Below the pieces are notes generated by a model, which did not search any database, was not told the DNA's origin, and saw only the letters and a program-made list of their open reading frames with translations. 38,686 nucleotides of DNA from a virus (lineage: Duplodnaviria; Heunggongvirae; Uroviricota; Caudoviricetes): IMG/VR virus record IMGVR_UViG_2698536640_000025. The stretch is one strand, 5' to 3'. Position 1 is the first letter of the stretch, and the number at the start of each line of letters is the position of its first letter. The position numbers and the translations under genes were made by a program. Positions 7,929 to 17,235 of this stretch are shown one piece after another.

Positions 7929-10438
7929 GTGACCGCAATGCACAGCTGGCGTACCCGTGGAACGCACCGCTACCGGTTATCGATCCTGAAACGTTCGGCA
8001 GAGCACAACCAACCGCATTACGCCAGGCCATTCAGAGCTACATCAACGAGGACATTCGCATTGATGCCAGACTGGATGAAGAAACCGTCTCCTTCCTGAC
8101 AAACACAGACGAAGGCAAGCGAATTAATTCGCATCTTCACCACGACGAAGAGCGTCGGGTCAGACTGGAAAAACTGGCGAAGCACAAACGCGAGAATCCG
8201 CCCACGGTGGTATCGGAAGCCATGGCAGAACTTCGCGCCCTGCCCTCGTTTCTTGGCAACGTGCTCATTCGTGATCTGGCGCGTTTAAACCGCAAACAAC
8301 AAAGCGCCCGCAATGAAGGCGTGAAAAACAACAACACTCACGTGGCCGATAACTTCGTTCGCCGTGGACTGCGCACACGCCTGAAACGCATCGAACAGGT
8401 GAATGAATGCTTCGCCACGACGGCATTCAAAGCCACCGCAGCGCGTCATCGCCTTGATGAATTACTCATGCTGCCACAACTCAACCGTGATCAAATTCAG
8501 CGCCTTGCCACACTAACGGCGGCGGCATTTTCCACCGAACTGGAACGCATATGTGATGAAGTTACTGAGCGGACAGGAAAAGGCGACGATAACCTGTTTA
8601 CCTGGTTGCTGACTTACCAGCAGCTGGCGCGCATGGCAATAAAACTGGGCGTGAACCCACCATACTGGCCGTCACTCGAGATCAGACGTGACCGCCGCAC
8701 GGCACCAGACCCTGAACGGGTACCGGGCGCGGTAATGCGTATCACCTGCGCCACCTGGTGGAACAACCAGCTGCGCCACCTCGCTGATCTCTGGCGGGAG
8801 GAATTACTGCGTGCCGCCGGAAGAGTATCGCGCAAGGCATCCCCCTACATCAGCCATGAGTCACTCCAGGAATTCCGGGAGAAACGCCAGCGCACCCGTG
8901 ATTTTCTCAAAAGCTGGGACATTGAAAACGAAGACGGTGAACGCCTGAGCCTGGAGGACGTGTACTGGTCAGGGCTGGGGAATCCGCGCAACCGCCGCAA
9001 CGAGATGATGGCCTGCGTCAGAGGGATGGAACAGGTCGCCGAATCGCGTGGTGACTCCGCGTTCTTCGTGACAGTGACCTGCCCTTCCCGCTTTCACAGC
9101 GTAAACGAGGACGGCAGCCTGAACCAGAAATACAACGGTGCCACCGTGCGCGATGCCAGTGATTATCTGGTTTACGACGTCTTTGCAGCTGCAAGAAAAA
9201 AACTCAACAAAGAAGGCCTGAGCTGGTACGGGGTGCGCACCGTTGAGCCACACCATGACGGCACACCGCACTGGCACATGCTGGTATTCACCGCCCCGGA
9301 CAATGAAGAACGCATCATTGAAATCATGCGTGACGCAGCAATCAAATCAGATCGCGCAGAACTGGGGAATGATATTTCTCCGCGCTTCAAGTGCGAAAAA
9401 ATCGACCCGGCAAAAGGCACACCGGCAAGCTACATCGCAACCTATATTGGCAAGAACCTGGACGCCAGCACCTTTCACGACAATGACCCGAAAACCGGCA
9501 AACCTTACGCCGATAAAGAATCGGGAAAAACCATGGCGGAAACCGTGGAAAACGCCATTGCCTGGGCGAGTCTCCACCGCATCCGGCAGTTCCAGTTCTT
9601 CGGTATCCCGCCCCGCCAGGTATGGCGTGAACTCCGCCGCCTTGCCGGACAAATGGAGCGTAACCCCGCATCACCGAAGCGCCTGGACCATGACGACATT
9701 GACGCCATTCTGGCCGCCGCTGACGTGGGGTGTTTTGCCACCTACATCAACCGTCAGGGCGGCGTGCTCATTCCACGCAACCTGTACCTGATCCGCACCG
9801 CATACGAAACCGCAGATGAGGCCAACGACTACGGCGAATTCCCGCAGCGCATCTACGGAATTTGTGCCCCGTCGCTCGGCGAGCGCTACACCATCTGCAC
9901 CCATCCGGACGAGTGGAAACTGGTCAGAAAAGAAGCGAAAGCCGACAACAGCACGGACGAGGATTTTGACGTTGGGGGCGGCTTCGCCGCACCTTGGACT
10001 CGTGGCAATAACTGTCCCCATGATGAAAAAACAGACACCGGAGAGGGTAAAACCCCACCACCGGAAACCAGGAAAGAACAAAAACTGACCATCCCGGAAG
10101 GTGATTTGAGCGAATGGTTAAGGTCACTGACCCCCACAGAGAGAAAACAACTCACCAGGCAGCTGAAAGATGCGCCATCTGACACAAAAACCGTGAAAAC
10201 CGGCGGCCCCACCACGCCCGATGACGTCATACATGTGCGTACAGCATTGCCGCTGACTGACGTCACCACCACCGTAATCAAGTCGGCACTGAGCACGACG
10301 GGCGAGGAGCTACACAGTGGCGCAGCACTTTCCGTACACAGAGGTGCACGCGTTCGCCTGCCTGACGGGCGGATTGTGCACTGGGATGAAAAATCACGAA
10401 GCCTGGTGGCAGCAGATCAACCGGAGGTTAACCCATGA
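7925..10438 (+). CDS. A: Replication initiation endonuclease, P2 gpA family (rolling-circle initiator)
   Basis: 837 aa; HUH-type metal-binding motif HHDGTPHWHMLVF and tyrosine motif YIATYIGKNLD; position matches P2 gene A. Confidence 0.9.
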   Translation: MSDRNAQLAYPWNAPLPVIDPETFGRAQPTALRQAIQSYINEDIRIDARLDEETVSFLTNTDEGKRINSHLHHDEERRVRLEKLAKHKRENPPTVVSEAMAELRALPSFLGNVLIRDLARLNRKQQSARNEGVKNNNTHVADNFVRRGLRTRLKRIEQVNECFATTAFKATAARHRLDELLMLPQLNRDQIQRLATLTAAAFSTELERICDEVTERTGKGDDNLFTWLLTYQQLARMAIKLGVNPPYWPSLEIRRDRRTAPDPERVPGAVMRITCATWWNNQLRHLADLWREELLRAAGRVSRKASPYISHESLQEFREKRQRTRDFLKSWDIENEDGERLSLEDVYWSGLGNPRNRRNEMMACVRGMEQVAESRGDSAFFVTVTCPSRFHSVNEDGSLNQKYNGATVRDASDYLVYDVFAAARKKLNKEGLSWYGVRTVEPHHDGTPHWHMLVFTAPDNEERIIEIMRDAAIKSDRAELGNDISPRFKCEKIDPAKGTPASYIATYIGKNLDASTFHDNDPKTGKPYADKESGKTMAETVENAIAWASLHRIRQFQFFGIPPRQVWRELRRLAGQMERNPASPKRLDHDDIDAILAAADVGCFATYINRQGGVLIPRNLYLIRTAYETADEANDYGEFPQRIYGICAPSLGERYTICTHPDEWKLVRKEAKADNSTDEDFDVGGGFAAPWTRGNNCPHDEKTDTGEGKTPPPETRKEQKLTIPEGDLSEWLRSLTPTERKQLTRQLKDAPSDTKTVKTGGPTTPDDVIHVRTALPLTDVTTTVIKSALSTTGEELHSGAALSVHRGARVRLPDGRIVHWDEKSRSLVAADQPEVNP

Positions 10439-10839
10439 CACGATTCCATTGCGTACTCCAGCGCCATGATTTCAGCACGATCATGAACGCACGCATTCCG
10501 GCACTGACACTGAGCGGCGTCAGTGTTCGACCGCAGCCAGGCGACGAACTGGAAATCACGATCGCCAGTCCCGATCGCAGCACAGACACCGTTATGACCG
10601 ACATCCTGACTGCAAGAATCAACACCGACAGAAGCGCATTCATCGTTGCCGTGCGCCCTCGTCGCGCCATATCAGAGCCTGAACCACTGACTCCCGTAGG
10701 AAAAATCATGCAGGCATACCACGAAAAACAGACCAGAAAACTCAACGAAGAACTGGCAAGAACGCTGGCCGTCGTTAACCGAAAAGCGGCAATTGTCAGC
10801 TATGTGCATTCGGCCGCCAGCAGGCAATCACGCAGGTAA
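10435..10839 (+). CDS. Hypothetical protein (134 aa) downstream of gpA
   Basis: ORF track; ATGA overlap with the gpA stop. Confidence 0.5.
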   Translation: MTRFHCVLQRHDFSTIMNARIPALTLSGVSVRPQPGDELEITIASPDRSTDTVMTDILTARINTDRSAFIVAVRPRRAISEPEPLTPVGKIMQAYHEKQTRKLNEELARTLAVVNRKAAIVSYVHSAASRQSRR

Positions 10840-10887
10840 CAAAAGACCATGAACATGACCAGAAACAGCAAACCGAAGGAGCACACC

Positions 10888-11058
10888 ATGAACGACATCA
10901 GGAGGATCAGCGACAAAGAGCTTACGAAAATGATTGAGTCGGCGCAGCAGCTGCTTTCACGACGAAATCCGGTTGTGGAAGAAACATGGTGGGAAAATTT
11001 ACTGGCAGCACTGACCGAACTCCGCGAACGCCGGAACAACGAAGGAGCCGCCAAATGA
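10888..11058 (+). CDS. Hypothetical small protein (56 aa from internal ATG)
   Basis: Track ORF 10849..11058; strong AAGGAG RBS before the internal ATG at about 10888. Confidence 0.4.
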   Translation: MNDIRRISDKELTKMIESAQQLLSRRNPVVEETWWENLLAALTELRERRNNEGAAK

Positions 11059-11393
11059 AGACACCCAGAATGACCGGAAAGGTAATCATTTTACGCTACC
11101 TGGAAACGCACGCACGCTTCAGCGCGCCAGAGCTGGTTGAAAAACTGGGCGTGAAAAGGACCATCATTAATCAGGCCGCCGGAAAGATGGTACGCGAAGG
11201 GCTGCTGGTTGTGGACGGGTACACGGACAAGATAACGCATTACCGGAAGCCAACGGAAAAGGAACGACTGGAGCTGGAGCGGCGGGCTGAACAGCAACAA
11301 AAGCCGTCCGTAATCCAGGACTGCAAGCGAAGCGAAATCATGAAGCGAATTCTGTTTATCTACGGCGCTGGCGAAGAGCTGCCAGTCATCTAA
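11055..11393 (+). CDS. Putative winged-helix DNA-binding protein (112 aa)
   Basis: ATGA overlap with the upstream stop; segment VKRTIINQAAGKMVREGLLVVDGY resembles MarR/wHTH recognition helix plus wing. Function inferred. Confidence 0.45.
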   Translation: MKTPRMTGKVIILRYLETHARFSAPELVEKLGVKRTIINQAAGKMVREGLLVVDGYTDKITHYRKPTEKERLELERRAEQQQKPSVIQDCKRSEIMKRILFIYGAGEELPVI

Positions 11394-11425
11394 CCCCAAC
11401 AATAAAACCAACACGGGAGACAAAT

Positions 11426-11743
11426 ATGCCAACACAGGTTGCAACAGAGGGACGACTGGCAGCAGACCCGAACACAAGGAGAACAACCAAAGGAACCAAC
11501 GTCACAACGGCACAACTGGCGGTATCACTACCCTGCCATGGCGCAGAACAGCCAACCACAATGTGTCTTTACCTTATTTCATTCGGGAAGCAGCACGAAG
11601 AACTGGCAAAACACAGAAAAGGCGATCTGATTCTGGTGCACGGAAACTTGCAGGTAAACAGGTATCAGGACAAGTACGGGCAACAGAAAGAGGGCTGGCA
11701 GCTGCTGACGCAAAGCATTATCAGCTCAAGAACCGGGCGATGA
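11426..11743 (+). CDS. SSB-like OB-fold protein (105 aa)
   Basis: GRLAADPNTRRTTKGTNVTTAQLAV...LILVHGNLQVNRYQDKYGQQKEGWQLL resembles the SSB OB-fold core; GGGAGA RBS. Confidence 0.5.
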   Translation: MPTQVATEGRLAADPNTRRTTKGTNVTTAQLAVSLPCHGAEQPTTMCLYLISFGKQHEELAKHRKGDLILVHGNLQVNRYQDKYGQQKEGWQLLTQSIISSRTGR

Positions 11744-11753
11744 CTTCACGCAT

Positions 11754-11793
11754 GTTACCCTCAGCAGCGAGGGTAACACAGGATTTCTTTTTT
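11754..11793 (+). terminator. Rho-independent terminator closing the early operon (stem GTTACCCTC/GAGGGTAAC, then a T-tract)
   Basis: Perfect 9-bp stem with 6-nt loop followed by TTTCTTTTTT, read directly. Confidence 0.55.
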
Positions 11794-12329
11794 CAGTCAA
11801 ACCGAAATCGGCCGCTTGTCGCGTATGCATAGGTGACCACCGCACCCAGCGCATTCACACGCTTCTTCACATAAATCACATTACCATCCTGATAGTCACC
11901 GTATGGGTAGCAAATAAAGATTGTTTTTTGCAAATCAGGATCATCAACAAATGCCCCTGAACAACTTTTTGAGCTACCGCGACTGTACTCATAGGGAGCG
12001 GAATAGAATGAATCTTCACCCGGAAGAAAATATATCAGCGTAACCAGGAGGGTAAACAGAATCATCCAGGTAAGAAGGCACATACCCGAAAAAAACTTAA
12101 GATACGATGTAACCCCGGTAAATTTAGACCGATCAACCAGGTTCTTTTTCAACAGGCACAGTGAGACAAAAACCGAAAGCACCACAGACACTGAAACAAG
12201 GCAGTTTGTCGTGAACGAATAAAGGTAGGTAATTCTGTAAACATCGTTTCGCCACCAAATAAAAAGAAAAATCCCCCCCAAAACAGAAAGCGTGACAAAA
12301 GTTAAATAAGGATATGAGTAATTTTTCAC
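11793..12329 (-). CDS. AT-rich accessory gene: membrane protein with three predicted TM helices and an 80-aa C-terminal domain (about 178 aa; track ORF extends to 12437)
   Basis: Hydrophobic segments LTFVTLSVLGGIFLFIWW, LVSVSVVLSVFVSLCLL, MCLLTWMILFTLLVTLIYFL; GTG start with GGTGAG RBS proposed at about 12329; strongly AT-rich relative to neighbours; lies at the P2 tin/old position. Confidence 0.55.
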   Translation of the reverse strand: MKNYSYPYLTFVTLSVLGGIFLFIWWRNDVYRITYLYSFTTNCLVSVSVVLSVFVSLCLLKKNLVDRSKFTGVTSYLKFFSGMCLLTWMILFTLLVTLIYFLPGEDSFYSAPYEYSRGSSKSCSGAFVDDPDLQKTIFICYPYGDYQDGNVIYVKKRVNALGAVVTYAYATSGRFRFD

Positions 12330-12874
12330 AGTTCTCACCCGGCAATACACCACTGATTCAGACAGATGATTATCATCACCACCCACCCCCAAAAATCGCA
12401 AGATAAAAAATGCACAAAAGCGCACGAAATTGCACAATTTTTCTTATGTGTTTCATCCCCATTCAGCCCAGTAACGGCGCTGGCTGAGGCCGGTTTGCAC
12501 GGTGCACGAAAAACGAGGCAATTGCAGCGCGCAGGCGACGAGGGAAGGGCGCCCGAATTGAGGGATGGAAGGCGGGTTGCTTTATTTGGGCTCGTATGGC
12601 GCGTGATACGCACGCAGTAAAGTCAGTTTTGAAAAACCACATCAAAACATGGTCAGGGAAACAGGCCGTCAGAATGCGTCTGATTGCGTCTGGCGAGGTC
12701 GGAGATCGGGAGGGAAACGGACGTGACGAACGGGATAAAAAAGAGAGACAAAAATCACTGAAATCATAAAGTTAATAGAATTTAAAGTATCAGTCATTCA
12801 CGGGTGAAAACTTGCGCACAATATGAGGTGAGCGCAGAATACAGGCTGGCATAAACAGACCAAAGGAGAGCGAC

Positions 12875-13378
12875 ATGAGCCATTTTCGCGATTTGTACCT
12901 GGCAAACAAAAAGAGCCGGGACGCGAGGCGGGAGGTTACAGGGATTCTGCGCAATCAGGCTGAAAAGCTGGTTGCTTTTTATGAGCAGTGGCTGGAATTG
13001 CCTTCAGAGACATGGGAAGACAAAGACGGCGAGCATCATCGTTACGTTGATACGGGGTTTCCGTGCAGAAACGATCGGGACTTCAGGCCATTTCCGGTAA
13101 ATATGATTGCAACCGACACAGATAACATATTCCGGATGGCTGTAAGAACATGGGTTGACTCACACGATGAAGGAGAGTCGGTAAACATAGTCCTGGCAAT
13201 GGAGTTACATTCCGTCGGAAAAGACGGTGTATCTCTTCGGGTTCGCGTGGAAGATGATACCTCCATTCGCGTGGTCATCAACGGAGACGGTGACAGGGAA
13301 TGGCTGCCGATAGTAAACAGTATGAAGATGCATATTATCAGCAAGCTGCAAAGAAGAACGCCATCCGCATTCCGTTAA
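12875..13378 (+). CDS. Accessory hotspot gene: uncharacterised soluble protein (167 aa)
   Basis: ATG with strong AAGGAG RBS; promoter-like TTGCGC-17-CAGAAT upstream; no recognisable motif; between the replication module and the portal gene. Confidence 0.6.
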   Translation: MSHFRDLYLANKKSRDARREVTGILRNQAEKLVAFYEQWLELPSETWEDKDGEHHRYVDTGFPCRNDRDFRPFPVNMIATDTDNIFRMAVRTWVDSHDEGESVNIVLAMELHSVGKDGVSLRVRVEDDTSIRVVINGDGDREWLPIVNSMKMHIISKLQRRTPSAFR

Positions 13379-13393
13379 GAGAGCTGGAGAGTC

Positions 13394-13416
13394 GGGGCAT
13401 AAATTTTTTATGCCCC
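13394..13416. other. Stem-loop (GGGGCATA / TATGCCCC) in the 65-bp gap between the hotspot gene and portal gene Q; no flanking T-tract
   Basis: Read directly; could be a weak bidirectional terminator or part of a packaging (cos) region. Confidence 0.3.
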
Positions 13417-13443
13417 GGCGAAGCAGCAGACAAGCGAAGCGCG

Positions 13444-14487
13444 TCAGCTGGCGTTATCCAGAAGCAGGGCATAGGGGTTAAAGCGCATCACCTCAACGCC
13501 AAGCCATTCATTGACATGCTTCATGGCCTCCATGACAGGTTGCAACTCGTTGATGAAAAACACCCTCGCCGCTTTCTCAACGTCACCAAACGCCGCATTC
13601 CCGTCAGGCATTGCCCCCATCAGTTGAGGTGGTACACGATGGGCAGCAAGGATATCGTCGCGGGCGCTCCCCTTGATGTTCAGGAATTCATCCTTTGCGG
13701 TTATCTGCTGGAACGGCAGTATTTGCACACCATCCTTGCCACCACCCGGCGCATGAAGAAACAGGTTTTTAAACGCCCCGCGACCACGGGAATCCGTAAG
13801 CGTTTTTTTAATGGCCTCGACACTTTCCGCATTCGCCTGAGGTGTGCCTACATAGATAATACACCCGGCATGCGAGCCGTTATCGTAGTAGAGCTTGCGG
13901 AATGTATCCGCTGAGTTTGACAGGCTGACAGACAGCAACCCGCCGATATATTCCGGCATCCCGTAGATCTCCTGATTAATATCAGGATTAAGCACGTGGC
14001 ACACAGTCCCTTTCCTGAAACTGAACTCCGTACCGTCGTCGTTGAGATACCAGTAGGTATCCAGGTCACTTCCCCTGCGTGTATATTTTGCCAGTGCCGG
14101 GCGAAGCAGGAGTGGTTCCCCCAGCCTGTTACGCCGCACTTCAAGATAGGCATTACCAAACACAAACCAGTCGAGCGCAAAGGCTGAAAACGCCTGGCGG
14201 GACAGCAGAGGGTGAGGAACAAAGCACCCGTTCAGGGCGTTGCGCTTGAAGTACAAAGCCGACTGATGCCAGGACGCACGACGGGATGCACGGGCGATAG
14301 CGTTCCAGTCCATGGGGGTATCAAAGTAGCGCCCGTTATCTGCACATGACATGTTATCCAGGAGATCCATGTGGCTGACTTCATAGGGCCCATCAAAGGT
14401 GAATGCGCTGAGTGCAGGCGTTGATTTCAGTGCATCGTGTAACGAATCCTGCCCCCGCTTTCCGGTGTATTTTTTGCGTTTACTCAT
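13444..14487 (-). CDS. Q: Portal vertex protein, P2 gpQ family
   Basis: 347 aa; leftward orientation next to terminase P as in P2. Confidence 0.9.
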   Translation of the reverse strand: MSKRKKYTGKRGQDSLHDALKSTPALSAFTFDGPYEVSHMDLLDNMSCADNGRYFDTPMDWNAIARASRRASWHQSALYFKRNALNGCFVPHPLLSRQAFSAFALDWFVFGNAYLEVRRNRLGEPLLLRPALAKYTRRGSDLDTYWYLNDDGTEFSFRKGTVCHVLNPDINQEIYGMPEYIGGLLSVSLSNSADTFRKLYYDNGSHAGCIIYVGTPQANAESVEAIKKTLTDSRGRGAFKNLFLHAPGGGKDGVQILPFQQITAKDEFLNIKGSARDDILAAHRVPPQLMGAMPDGNAAFGDVEKAARVFFINELQPVMEAMKHVNEWLGVEVMRFNPYALLLDNAS

Positions 14488-14492
14488 TGTGT

Positions 14493-16241
14493 TCAGAACT
14501 CCATTGCAAAGCCGCGATTATCCTCACGCTCCGCACCAATTGGCTCATTGATAACAGCAAGCATGGTTGCCCAGGCGAGGTCACCATGGCTGACGCCACG
14601 GGAGCGGTCGGTGTCGTAGGTGATATAGCCGCCGGGTGTCTGTATTTTTCGCACCGATGCGAATGCCTGGATCAGGTCACGTTCACTGCGGTCATACTCC
14701 CAGCGTCCGGCACGCACCACCTGAAGCATTTTCATGACCAGTGCCCGCTTGGAGGCGATATTGAAGTTGTACGGTACGGCCATCGGGAAAAACTTTTTCA
14801 CAATCTGATAAACCCCCTCCCCGTTCCCGCCGGTCACATCAATGCCGATATGTTTCACGTTATATTTTTGGGTGTATTCCTCAATCAGTGCGGCCTGCTG
14901 TTCAAACTCCATCCCCTGAACCCTGACAGTTTCCACCGTGCGAAAACGCCCACCGGCAACAAGGGGCGGCACGCACACCGACAGTGCCCCGCAGTCCCCC
15001 TTCCCGCTGCTGCCGTTGGCGTCATACCCAAGCCAGACCTCCCTCACCCCCATAGGGCGGGCAGCAAAAGGTTTCCAGTCAGGCCATTCGTCATAGCCGT
15101 CAACACCGCAGCCGGTGAGCGCACTCAGGCTGAAGGCTGCCTCACCATCACGGACAAATTCGCACATGTACAGATTACGAAATTCACTTTCTGTATTTTC
15201 GCCGCGAATAACACCAATATTGGTGTACCGCCATCCGTTAGCGACAGCATCCTCAATAGTGACAATCTGCCGCCATGTTTCGTCAGGAAAGAGCACGCCC
15301 CCCTTCAGATGCGCATGTGAAACATCAAACTCACTGCGTTTTGAGCGTGGCTGTTCGCTGTTCCAGCGGTCCCCCGTCCAGAACTGATACGCCTCATGTG
15401 TTTCACCTGACGGTGTTGAAAAGTAGGTTCGCGTAAGCCCTTCCAGTGTCGCCATTGCCCCAGCAACCTTCCTGAGTTCCACAAAGTTACTGACCCAGAA
15501 AAATTCATCAAATTTAAGGTGTCCGGTATACGACTGAGCGGTTGCTGCCGATGTGCCAAGGAAGTGAAGCTCTGCACCGTTAGACAAAACAATCTTGTCA
15601 CCCCCTTTCAGTTCGACATCAACTTCCAGCGCCGCCTGCTGAATAAAGTGTTTGAACTGATACGCCTGGCGACGGGATGCGGACAAAAATATCTGGTTGC
15701 GCTGGTACCCGGCGGAGACATCATCACGCAGTGCATCAAGGAGTGCTTCGCGCGCAAAATACCAGGTCGCACCAATCTGACGCGACTTCAGGATCATGCG
15801 GTTGCGGTGATGGCGGTTGTCGTACCATTCGCGCTGATGCCAGGCCAGTGACGGCAGGATTTTTTCCCTGAGTGCGACAATCTGCTCTTCGGTGAAGTGA
15901 TTTTTCAGTTTGCGCCTGCGGGGCTTCTTACCGGAAACAGCCTGTTCTCCCTGACCGTCATTCAGTTTTTTCAGCTGGCGCGTCAGCAGGTCAATTTCCT
16001 TAAAGTCACCGCCGCTTTTATCCGGTTTGGCGGTGAGCTGTATCAGGCGTGCATCAATGGACTGGGTGACCCGCTGGATCGGGGGAGTGGCATCCCACTC
16101 ATCGCGTTTTTTCCACGAATAAATCGTGTTCTGGTTTATTCCCATCAGCTGAGCGATATCCGCCGGGGTATACCCCTGCCAGTAAAGCTGTTTCGCCCGC
16201 ATACGAATAAAGACATCCTGGATCATTGCACCCCCTGACAT
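14493..16241 (-). CDS. P: Terminase large (ATPase) subunit, P2 gpP family
   Basis: Track ORF 14493..16331; internal ATG start proposed near 16241 (or 16226); divergent from O as in P2. Confidence 0.9.
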   Translation of the reverse strand: MSGGAMIQDVFIRMRAKQLYWQGYTPADIAQLMGINQNTIYSWKKRDEWDATPPIQRVTQSIDARLIQLTAKPDKSGGDFKEIDLLTRQLKKLNDGQGEQAVSGKKPRRRKLKNHFTEEQIVALREKILPSLAWHQREWYDNRHHRNRMILKSRQIGATWYFAREALLDALRDDVSAGYQRNQIFLSASRRQAYQFKHFIQQAALEVDVELKGGDKIVLSNGAELHFLGTSAATAQSYTGHLKFDEFFWVSNFVELRKVAGAMATLEGLTRTYFSTPSGETHEAYQFWTGDRWNSEQPRSKRSEFDVSHAHLKGGVLFPDETWRQIVTIEDAVANGWRYTNIGVIRGENTESEFRNLYMCEFVRDGEAAFSLSALTGCGVDGYDEWPDWKPFAARPMGVREVWLGYDANGSSGKGDCGALSVCVPPLVAGGRFRTVETVRVQGMEFEQQAALIEEYTQKYNVKHIGIDVTGGNGEGVYQIVKKFFPMAVPYNFNIASKRALVMKMLQVVRAGRWEYDRSERDLIQAFASVRKIQTPGGYITYDTDRSRGVSHGDLAWATMLAVINEPIGAEREDNRGFAMEF

Positions 16242-16292
16242 TAACAGGGCAAGATTAAGCCTCAGCAATACCGCCTGATACCAGCCCGCGTT

Positions 16293-16310
16293 GTCCCCGT
16301 CGCCATACAA
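16293..16310. promoter_or_regulatory. TGT-N12-ACA dyad (Ogr/Delta-type late-activator site) in the divergent P/O control region
   Basis: TGTccccgtcgccatACA read directly, about 80 nt upstream of the O start codon, consistent with a site centred near -55 of a late promoter. Confidence 0.5.
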
Positions 16311-16381
16311 CTTAAGCACCTTGAGACACACCGTTATCTGCCGCCATCATGGGAAAAACGACCAGGTTATGGAGAATTTCC

Positions 16382-17218
16382 ATGGGAAGCAAAAACACGC
16401 CAGAGCGCAAAAAATTTCGCGTTGCCGTTTCCGGTTCAACCATCGACGGACGTGAAATTTCTGGTGAAATGCTGCGTCAGGCCGCAGAAAACTATGACCC
16501 GTCCGTTTACGCCTCCCGGGTGAACATTGAGCACGTCCTTTCGATGTGGCCATCCAGTGAACTCTGCGCAGTGGGTGATCTGATCGCTCTGTCAACTGAT
16601 GAAATCACCGAAGGGAAACTGGCAGGGCGTACAGCGTTATATGCCGAAATTGAACCCACCGACCGCATGAAAAACATGATTGCTGACGGGAAAAAAGTGT
16701 ATTCGAGCATTGAGATGTTGCCTGAGCTGGACGCCGTCAAGGGGCCTTACATTGTGGGTCTGGCAATGACCGACACGCCAGCAAGTCTGGGCACTGAACG
16801 CCTGGAGTTTGCCGCACAGCAACGCGCCAGCATCATGCAGTTCAGTAAGTGCACAACAGAACCCCCCATGTTCACCGTCGCCATGGAAGCAGAGATGCTT
16901 ACCACCACAGAACAGCGAACGGAAGAGAGCCGTCAGTGGTTCAGCCGCGTCATGGCACTCATCAGCAAAACACGCACAGCGGATGGCGAGCAGTTCAGCC
17001 AGCTGCGCGACGTTGTGGAAAACATCGCATCCGATCATGCAGATCTTATCGACCGTTTCAGCACTCTGGAGCAGAAACATGCCCTCGACAAAACGGCGCT
17101 GGATGAGCTCAGTCACGAGCTTGCAGCACTGAAAGCGCAACTGAGAAACCAGGATGCCGATCCACAGCAGCGTTTTACTTCCGCTGGCGGCACTGACCAG
17201 ACACTGGCTGAATTCTGA
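16382..17218 (+). CDS. O: Capsid scaffolding protein, P2 gpO family
   Basis: Track ORF 16349..17218; internal ATG start with GGAG RBS; sequence resembles P2 gpO. Confidence 0.85.
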   Translation: MGSKNTPERKKFRVAVSGSTIDGREISGEMLRQAAENYDPSVYASRVNIEHVLSMWPSSELCAVGDLIALSTDEITEGKLAGRTALYAEIEPTDRMKNMIADGKKVYSSIEMLPELDAVKGPYIVGLAMTDTPASLGTERLEFAAQQRASIMQFSKCTTEPPMFTVAMEAEMLTTTEQRTEESRQWFSRVMALISKTRTADGEQFSQLRDVVENIASDHADLIDRFSTLEQKHALDKTALDELSHELAALKAQLRNQDADPQQRFTSAGGTDQTLAEF

Positions 17219-17235
17219 CAGGAGAAGAGTAATTT

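Noticed and set aside
12534-12552. cos cohesive-end 19-mer
   Set aside because: GGCGACGAGGGAAGGGCGC matches the P2/186 cos sequence as I recall it at only about 13 of 19 positions, and a second weak candidate lies at about 13420; too weak to annotate without alignment or end mapping.
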